From contig JAIPHU010000022.1 of the NCBI GenBank assembly GCA_021735045.1, positions 1-10,948 on the forward strand: DNA of 10,948 nt, written 5' to 3'. Position 1 is the stretch's first letter. Every line of letters begins with the position of its first letter. Below, in pieces: positions 5,734 to 10,948 of the stretch. The notes below the pieces were generated by a model, which did no database searches, was not told the origin of the DNA, and worked only from the letters and a program-made list of their open reading frames with translations. The translations under genes were made by a program, and so were the position numbers. Source of the DNA: Candidatus Omnitrophota bacterium (GTDB taxonomy: Bacteria > Omnitrophota > Gorgyraeia > Duberdicusellales > 4484-171).

Positions 5734-7931
5734 ATCAATCCTTTTTCCGCTAAGTACTTTTCCCTCTCAACTAGTATATCACGAGCCTTTGATCCGCAAA
5801 AGGGGCCAACTATACCTTCTTGCTCCATTAGATCAAGCAATCTAGCCGCCCGGGTATAGCCAATTCTCATCCTTCGCTGCAAAAGCGATGCCGAAGCTTG
5901 ATCAGTCTGTAAGATTAGTCTCACTGCATCATCAAAAAGCTCATCGCTGCCTAAGTTCATCTTCTGTTTCTTTTCTTCTTCGGTTATTGATTTTTCATAG
6001 ATTGGCGCACCTTGGTTGCGGCAAAAATCAGCTAGCTCTTCAATATCCTGATCATCAATAAAAGACCCTTGGCCTCGGGTAAGTTTTACTGCTCCCGGCT
6101 GTAAAAACAAAAGGTCTCCTTTACCAATAAGTTTTTCAGCTCCCATCGAATCTAGAACTGTCCGTGAATCAACCCGCGAAGATACTTTAAAAGATATTCG
6201 CGAAGGAAAGTTAGCCTTAATTACGCCGGTAATAACATCCACCGAAGGCCTCTGAGTTGCAAGAACAAGATGAATGCCTACTGCCCTAGATAACTGAGCT
6301 AGGCGCTGGATAGCAGTTTCAATGCTTTCCCGGGCAACAGTCATAAGATCGGCTAATTCATCTACAACGATTATAATGTAAGGCATTTTTTCGGAAGACT
6401 TTTTGTTATAGGCATCAATATTTCTTGAGCCTTCTTTAGCTAACTTTTTATATCTTTGCTCCATCTCCCCTACTGCCCAATTTAGAGCTGCAAAAGCTTT
6501 TTTAGCTTCTGAAATTATCGGATGAATCAAATGAGGAATACCGGCAAAAGGCGCAAGCTCTACCATCTTAGGATCTACTAAGATAAATTTTACCTGATCC
6601 GGGCCAGCCTTATAAAGCAAAGAAGATATTAAAGAATTAACACAAACAGTTTTACCGGCTCCCGTTGCACCGGCAATAAGCAGATGAGGCATATCGCCTA
6701 AATCAGCGATTATCGGGTTACCTGATACATCTTTACCGATTGCTAAGGTAAGTTTTGAATCTGTTTTTATAAATTTTGGCTCCTCCAACACTTCACGCAG
6801 ATGAACCAGATGTTTATGAGAGTTAGGTATTTCAATTCCTACCGTTCCTCTGCCTGGCAAAGGAGCGACAATTCTGACCATCGAGGATTTCATGGCTAAG
6901 GCAATATCATCAGAAAGAGATGATATCTTTTGAATTTTAGTCCCCGGCCGAGGTGAAAGTTCATACATAGTTACAACCGGGCCTTTCTGTACACTTACCA
7001 CTTCAGCTTCTACCCCAAAATTTAATAAAGCATTTTCTAGTTTTTTTATGTTGGCTTTAATATTACCTTTGGTCTCTGAATAGTCAGCCGAAGGTGGTTC
7101 TTTAAGCAAGTTAAATGAAGGTAACTTATAACTTGAGGGATCATAACTATCTTTATCTACTAGCTTATCTTGAGAACTAGATGCCTTGGGGCTAGATGAG
7201 GTTTTTTCTTTGGTTTTATCTGGCTGTAAGTTTTTAAGATTATTACCTGTTGAATCTTTTTTATTTACTTTAGGCTGATACATCTTTATCTGTGGTTTTT
7301 TACCTTTTAGTTTTGGTTGAGCTTCGGAAAGAACTTCTCTTGCTTGCTCTTTTCTTTGTTTAAAACTTATAAATTTTTCTTTGCTAAAGCTGCCTAACTT
7401 TAAAAACAATCTCTTTACAATTCTGGAAAAATCCATAAAAAAGAAACCAAAAAGCAAAATAGCATTTATTGCCATAATCAAAGATACGGTAATAAATGAA
7501 CCGGTTAGGCCCAGATATCTTCTCAAGAGGTTGCTTAGATAAAACCCCAGCAACCCTCCAGCTTGAAAAACTTCTCTGCTTTGTTCAAAAAATAAACTGA
7601 TAAAGGCAGATAAAAAAACAATAAAAAACAAAAAAGCAACTATATTGATAATTTTGTTTTTACCTAAACCATGAAAACGCAAAAACTCTAACTCAGCCCA
7701 GCCCAAAAAGAAAAGATAGAAAGGAATAAAATAAGCTGCATAACCAAATAAGAAAAATAAGCCAAAAGCAATATAAGCTCCGGCTATTCCGATAAAGTTA
7801 GCAATTTTAGCTGATTGGGGAACAGATACAACCGAGATATCCTGAGGGCTGTAGGAGATAAGGCTTAAAAAAATAAGCAGAAAGCTGAAGAAAAAAACTG
7901 TACTTTTTAATAAAGAGGAAAGTCTACTCAT
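5730..7931 (-). CDS. ftsK: DNA translocase FtsK/SpoIIIE
   Basis: Four or five N-terminal TM helices and a low-complexity K/S/P-rich linker. The motor domain has Walker A LLIAGATGAGKT and Walker B IIIVVDELADLM. The C-terminal gamma winged-helix reads ASASLLQRRMRIGYTRAARLLDLMEQEGIVGP. Confidence 0.95.
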   Translation of the reverse strand: MSRLSSLLKSTVFFFSFLLIFLSLISYSPQDISVVSVPQSAKIANFIGIAGAYIAFGLFFLFGYAAYFIPFYLFFLGWAELEFLRFHGLGKNKIINIVAFLFFIVFLSAFISLFFEQSREVFQAGGLLGFYLSNLLRRYLGLTGSFITVSLIMAINAILLFGFFFMDFSRIVKRLFLKLGSFSKEKFISFKQRKEQAREVLSEAQPKLKGKKPQIKMYQPKVNKKDSTGNNLKNLQPDKTKEKTSSSPKASSSQDKLVDKDSYDPSSYKLPSFNLLKEPPSADYSETKGNIKANIKKLENALLNFGVEAEVVSVQKGPVVTMYELSPRPGTKIQKISSLSDDIALAMKSSMVRIVAPLPGRGTVGIEIPNSHKHLVHLREVLEEPKFIKTDSKLTLAIGKDVSGNPIIADLGDMPHLLIAGATGAGKTVCVNSLISSLLYKAGPDQVKFILVDPKMVELAPFAGIPHLIHPIISEAKKAFAALNWAVGEMEQRYKKLAKEGSRNIDAYNKKSSEKMPYIIIVVDELADLMTVARESIETAIQRLAQLSRAVGIHLVLATQRPSVDVITGVIKANFPSRISFKVSSRVDSRTVLDSMGAEKLIGKGDLLFLQPGAVKLTRGQGSFIDDQDIEELADFCRNQGAPIYEKSITEEEKKQKMNLGSDELFDDAVRLILQTDQASASLLQRRMRIGYTRAARLLDLMEQEGIVGPFCGSKARDILVEREKYLAEKGLI

Positions 7932-7939
7932 TGTTAATT

Positions 7940-7990
7940 AAAAAAACCCTGCTAGCTTATCAAAAAAATTTAAGATAAAAGCTTACAGGG
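7940..7990 (-). terminator. Rho-independent terminator downstream of pnp
   Basis: On the - strand, CCCTGTAAGCTTTTATC (7990-7974) pairs with GATAAGCTAGCAGGG (7961-7947). The stem has 13 Watson-Crick pairs, one G-U, one mismatch and a 2-nt bulge, with a 12-nt loop. Seven U residues follow immediately (7946-7940). The structure begins 10 nt after the pnp stop. Confidence 0.65.
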
Positions 7991-7999
7991 CTTATATTT

Positions 8000-10081
8000 C
8001 TATTTAGCTTGTTTCAGGCTTAGTTTTAACTTGCCAAAGTTATCTTTTCCAATAACTTTTACTTTAACCGTATCGCCTTCTTTGACAATGTCGCTGGGAT
8101 CTTTGACAAATCCTTCCGCCATTTCTGAAACATGAAGAAGGCCAGATTTAGATGGACTAAGTTCACAAAATGCCCCATAACCCATAAGCTTATCTACTTT
8201 CGCTTCCACAACATCGCCTACATCAAACTCTCTGACTATATTTTCTATTGCGGTAATAGCCTCCTTTAAGTCTTTGCTTGTCTCAGCCACTACTGAAACC
8301 ATATTTCGGTCATCGTCGATATCAACTGTAACGTTATAATCTTTACTCATCTTCCGAATATTTTTACCACCCGGGCCGATCACCATTCCGACCTTGTCCG
8401 GATCAATCTCTATAGATTTAATCTTGGGAGCATATTCAGAAAGTGCTTCCCGCGGCTGGGCTAAGCTTTTGGTCATATTTTCTAATATAAAAAGACGTGC
8501 CTCTTTAGCTTTATCGAGGGCATCCTTGATCATATCTAAGCTAATTCCTTTAGTTTTTGTATCAACTTGAATTGCAGTAATTCCTTTGCTTGTTCCGGCA
8601 ACCTTAAAATCAAGATCGCCACAATGATCTTCAATTCCGGCAATATCGGTAAGAATTTTATAGTCATTATCACCGGCAACCATTCCAATCGCAATTCCTG
8701 CTACCGGGTCTTTTAACGGAACTCCGGCATCCATCATCGATAGTGACGCTGCGCAGGCTGTGGCCATACTTGACGAACCATTTGATTCTAATATTTCCGA
8801 TACTATTCTAATTGTATAAGGAAACTCATCCCGAGATGGGACTACAGGCAACAAAGCTTTTTCAGCTAAAGAACCATGTCCGATATCTCTTCTCGAAGGC
8901 CCGCGCATAAATTTTACTTCTCCTACCGAAAATGGAGGAAAATTATAGTGCAACATAAAATGTTTGGATTTCTTGCCTTCTAGGGCTTCGATAAACTGTT
9001 CATCTCCACTTGTCCCCAGGGTAGTTATTGCTAAAGCTTGGGTTTGGCCTCTTCGAAATAAACCAGTTCCGTGAGTGCGGGGAAGCACTCTGGTATCACT
9101 TTCCAGTGCCCTTATATCAGAAAGCCCGCGTTTATCCGGCCGAATACCTTCTTCTAGGACTTTTTGGCGAAAAACTTCTTCTTCAACCGCAGATAAGGCG
9201 TTCTTTAGATCAGATTCAGAGATTTCTGAATCCTCGCTTATAAACTCATCTTTTAAAGACTCTAATATTTTAGCTAAAAAGTTGGCTTTTTCTTCTTTTT
9301 TATCTATTCCATAGTTAGCTAAAAGATCTTTTATTACTTTATCTCTAACCTTTGCCTCCAAATCTTTATCTGTTTCAACTAACTCTACTTCTTTTTTATC
9401 TTTACCTTCTTTTTTCTGAAGTTCCTTTTGAGCCTTTACGATCTCTTGGATAAAAAGCTTGGCAAACTCAATAGCAGCTAATACCTCTTTTTCCTCTACT
9501 TGATCAAAACCACCCTCAAGCATAACTGTCTTTTCTTCTGTACCCACAACTACAATATCCAATGGTGATTCTTCTCTTTGTTGATAAGTAGGATTGGCCA
9601 CAAACTCACCTTCTATTTTAGAAACCCTTACTGCCCCAATCGGATTAGAAAAAGGGATATCTGAAATAAGAAGAGCCGAACTTGCTGCATTCAATGCTAC
9701 TACATCAGGATCGTTTTCCCGGTCACTGGATAGAACCATAGCAACTATTTGGATTTCATTAGTTAAACCTTTAGGAAAAAGCGGCCGCAGCGGCCGGTCG
9801 ATTAAACGGCAGGTTAAAATTTCTGTATCCGAAGGCCGGCCTTCTTTTTTGAAAAATCCGCCGGGAATTCTTCCGGCAGCATAAGTCTTTTCTCGATATT
9901 CAACCATAAGCGGAAAAAATCCACGGTCAGGATAGCTTTCTTTGGACATACAAGCACTTACCAAAACTACTGTATCCCCAAAAGATGCCTTCACGCTGCC
10001 ATTAGCTTGAGTAGCTATTTGGCCGGAAGACAAATTTAGGGAATATTTTCCGAGATTAGATGTAGATAATGAAGTAGACAT
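8000..10081 (-). CDS. pnp: Polyribonucleotide nucleotidyltransferase (PNPase)
   Basis: Two RNase PH domains (MVEYREKTYAAGRIPGGFFKKEGRPS; MLHYNFPPFSVGE...GPSRRDIGHG), a KH domain (VIGPGGKNIRK) and a C-terminal S1 domain (GYGAFCEL...GLLHVSE). 693 aa. Confidence 0.97.
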   Translation of the reverse strand: MSTSLSTSNLGKYSLNLSSGQIATQANGSVKASFGDTVVLVSACMSKESYPDRGFFPLMVEYREKTYAAGRIPGGFFKKEGRPSDTEILTCRLIDRPLRPLFPKGLTNEIQIVAMVLSSDRENDPDVVALNAASSALLISDIPFSNPIGAVRVSKIEGEFVANPTYQQREESPLDIVVVGTEEKTVMLEGGFDQVEEKEVLAAIEFAKLFIQEIVKAQKELQKKEGKDKKEVELVETDKDLEAKVRDKVIKDLLANYGIDKKEEKANFLAKILESLKDEFISEDSEISESDLKNALSAVEEEVFRQKVLEEGIRPDKRGLSDIRALESDTRVLPRTHGTGLFRRGQTQALAITTLGTSGDEQFIEALEGKKSKHFMLHYNFPPFSVGEVKFMRGPSRRDIGHGSLAEKALLPVVPSRDEFPYTIRIVSEILESNGSSSMATACAASLSMMDAGVPLKDPVAGIAIGMVAGDNDYKILTDIAGIEDHCGDLDFKVAGTSKGITAIQVDTKTKGISLDMIKDALDKAKEARLFILENMTKSLAQPREALSEYAPKIKSIEIDPDKVGMVIGPGGKNIRKMSKDYNVTVDIDDDRNMVSVVAETSKDLKEAITAIENIVREFDVGDVVEAKVDKLMGYGAFCELSPSKSGLLHVSEMAEGFVKDPSDIVKEGDTVKVKVIGKDNFGKLKLSLKQAK

Positions 10082-10348
10082 TTATTTTTTAAATTTTAGT
10101 TCGCTTGCAACTTCCTGATAGCTTTGTGCGTCTTTTTCCTTTAGATAGTCGATAAGACGGCGTCTTCTTCCTACCAGGGTAAGAAGGCCTCGGCGGGAAT
10201 GAAAATCCTTTTTATGTTTTTTCATATGATCAGTAAGATAGTTGATTCTTTCGGTAAGCAGAGCAATCTGGACAGCAACTGAACCGGTATCGCCAAGATG
10301 CCCTTTAAACTTCTCAATTATCTCTTTTTTTCTCGTCTTGCTAATCAT
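10082..10348 (-). CDS. rpsO: 30S ribosomal protein S15
   Basis: 88 aa with GDTGSVAVQIALLTERINYLTDHMKKHKKDFHSRRGLLTLVGRRRRLIDYL, the canonical S15 sequence. Its stop TAA (10082-10084) directly abuts the pnp ATG. Confidence 0.95.
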   Translation of the reverse strand: MISKTRKKEIIEKFKGHLGDTGSVAVQIALLTERINYLTDHMKKHKKDFHSRRGLLTLVGRRRRLIDYLKEKDAQSYQEVASELKFKK

Positions 10349-10364
10349 CGTTATATTATTGTTT

Positions 10365-10441
10365 TAGAAGGTAGAAGATAGATGATAGAAGGTAGAGAAG
10401 ATTTTCTACCCTCTATTTTCTAATTTCTAATTTCCCTATCT
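10365..10441. repeat. Degenerate 7-bp tandem array, 11 in-phase units (TAGAAGG-type half, then TAATTTC-type half)
   Basis: TAGAAGG TAGAAGA TAGATGA TAGAAGG TAGAGAA GATTTTC TACCCTC TATTTTC TAATTTC TAATTTC CCTATCT. Nine of the first ten units start with TA in the same phase. The array lies inside the predicted rpsO leader. Confidence 0.85.
10387..10414 (-). promoter_or_regulatory. Hairpin in the rpsO 5' leader (candidate S15 autoregulatory element)
   Basis: - strand RNA: AGAGGGUAGA (10414-10405), loop AAAUCUUC, UCUACCUUCU (10396-10387). This is a 10-bp stem with one G-U pair stacked on a G-C pair. A second identical copy of the 3' arm lies at 10375-10366 and could pair instead. Confidence 0.35.
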
Positions 10442-10455
10442 GTCAAAGTAAGAGT

Positions 10456-10483
10456 ATTGTAACAAACTTATAATTTAAGTCAA
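10456..10483 (-). promoter_or_regulatory. Sigma-70-type promoter for rpsO-pnp
   Basis: The - strand reads TTGACT (10483-10478), a 16-nt spacer, then TACAAT (10461-10456). It sits between the xseB stop and rpsO and predicts a leader of about 100 nt. Confidence 0.6.
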
Positions 10484-10491
10484 TATTAATT

Positions 10492-10698
10492 TTATTGTTC
10501 TTTTTCAAACTCTTTAACTATTGTTTTAACTTCCATCTCGGTATTCTCTATCCTCTCCCGGCAGAGTTTTATCAGCTCAACCGCCTTTTTCACCTTCACC
10601 GATACCTGATCAACATCAATTCTTTCAGCCTCTAGGTCTGCTAATATCTGATTCAACTCATCAACCGCCTGACTATACTTTATTTCCTTCTTACCCAT
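10492..10698 (-). CDS. xseB: Exodeoxyribonuclease VII small subunit
   Basis: 68 aa helical protein, YSQAVDELNQILADLEAERIDVDQ...ELIKLCRERIE, matching the XseB pattern. It lies immediately downstream of xseA. I prefer the ATG at 10698, which is preceded by AAGGGGGG with a 6-nt spacer. The ORF-track start at 10701 is a TTG. Confidence 0.85.
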   Translation of the reverse strand: MGKKEIKYSQAVDELNQILADLEAERIDVDQVSVKVKKAVELIKLCRERIENTEMEVKTIVKEFEKEQ

Positions 10699-10704
10699 CA
10701 ATAT

Positions 10705-10712
10705 CCCCCCTT
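10705..10712 (-). promoter_or_regulatory. Shine-Dalgarno sequence of xseB
   Basis: The - strand reads AAGGGGGG, 6 nt upstream of the ATG at 10698. Confidence 0.6.
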
Positions 10713-10713
10713 A

Positions 10714-10755
10714 TTTTAACCTTTAACCTTTATCCTTTATCCTTTATCCTTAACA
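10714..10755. repeat. Degenerate 7-bp tandem array, 6 units, consensus CTTTATC
   Basis: TTTTAAC CTTTAAC CTTTATC CTTTATC CTTTATC CTTAACA. It covers the last codons and stop of xseA and the spacer up to the xseB Shine-Dalgarno box. Confidence 0.85.
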
Positions 10756-10948
10756 TTTGATTCAACCCAACCTTTATAAAAAACTGTTTTTATCTTATCA
10801 CCGATTTCTAGATCATTAATACTCTTTACCGCCTTATCCTTTAGGTAAGTTACCGAATAACCTCGTTTTAAAATATTTTTCGGATTAAGCAATTTAATCT
10901 TTTCATCGATATGGCTAAGATAGTTTTTACTATCAATTAATAATTTTT
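10737..10948 (-). CDS. xseA: Exodeoxyribonuclease VII large subunit, C-terminal end only (5' part lies beyond the right edge)
   Basis: My own translation of the - strand from 10946 gives KLLIDSKNYLSHIDEKIKLLNPKNILKRGYSVTYLKDKAVKSINDLEIGDKIKTVFYKGWVESNVKDKG*. The L.P...L.RGYS(I/V) segment followed by a short beta tail is the typical XseA C-terminus. The position upstream of xseB agrees. This ORF is not in the supplied track because it is open at the window edge. Confidence 0.75.
   Translation of the reverse strand, partial: KLLIDSKNYLSHIDEKIKLLNPKNILKRGYSVTYLKDKAVKSINDLEIGDKIKTVFYKGWVESNVKDKG

Noticed and set aside
7932-7965. Possible ftsK promoter (TTGATA-N17-TAATTA) overlapping the pnp terminator, with the ATG 3 nt after the -10 box
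   Set aside because: The geometry does not give a sensible transcription start relative to the ATG, and the -10 box is poor. Read-through or an unrecognised promoter is equally likely.
9781-9797. GC-rich patch GCGGCCGCAGCGGCCGG in an otherwise AT-rich gene
   Set aside because: It encodes the conserved PNPase segment RPLRPLF on the - strand, so amino-acid constraint explains the composition.
9028-9884. Three + strand ORFs (71, 79 and 96 aa) antisense to pnp
   Set aside because: They are embedded in the strongly conserved PNPase coding sequence. Their S/R/L-rich composition is typical of antisense frames, and they have no start context or motifs.
1932-10755. Whether the short tandem arrays could be CRISPR, iterons, or contingency-locus (phase-variable) microsatellites
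   Set aside because: The units are 7 bp with no spacers, so they are not CRISPR. No replication or plasmid genes are present, which argues against iterons. The units are too degenerate for efficient slipped-strand phase variation today. I keep them as an unexplained pattern rather than assign them to these classes.
1-10948. Search for defence systems, toxin-antitoxin pairs, mobile elements, tRNA or ncRNA genes, or recoded stop codons
   Set aside because: Every long ORF has a confident housekeeping assignment. There are no orphan or hypothetical genes, integrase or transposase fragments, terminal repeats or cloverleaf-like sequences. TGA, TAG and TAA all terminate conserved proteins at the expected lengths.

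Overview
This is an AT-rich bacterial chromosomal segment, roughly one-third G+C by eye. It uses the standard genetic code, with TAA, TAG and TGA all serving as stops, and it is tightly packed with core housekeeping genes. The + strand carries the 3' two-thirds of a UvrD/PcrA-family helicase (it runs off the left edge), a stand-alone CinA-C/PncC domain protein, and thpR (2H phosphoesterase). The - strand carries nine co-directional genes: pgpA, pgsA, rimO, rodZ, ftsK, pnp, rpsO, xseB and the 3' end of xseA (it runs off the right edge). I see no tRNA or rRNA genes, CRISPR arrays, transposases, integrases, toxin-antitoxin pairs or recognisable defence genes. By gene content this is an ordinary core region, not an accessory island. 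One structure is not explained by the gene map. Six of the eight non-zero intergenic spacers consist largely of degenerate tandem arrays with a strict 7-bp period (4 to 11 units). Each spacer has its own unit sequence. Two of them, upstream of rimO and of rpsO, share an identical 12-mer. The largest array forms the long rpsO leader and contains alternative hairpins with a G-U/G-C step, which would fit an S15 autoregulatory element. Other smaller points: rpsO and pnp abut with no spacer; thpR and pgpA overlap convergently by 37 nt; a near-consensus promoter takes its -35 box from a heptad array; the pgsA leader holds a perfect 9-bp inverted repeat; pncC may have a leaderless transcript; Shine-Dalgarno usage is very uneven. 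All functional readings of the repeats are inference. Nothing here can be called a new system from sequence alone.
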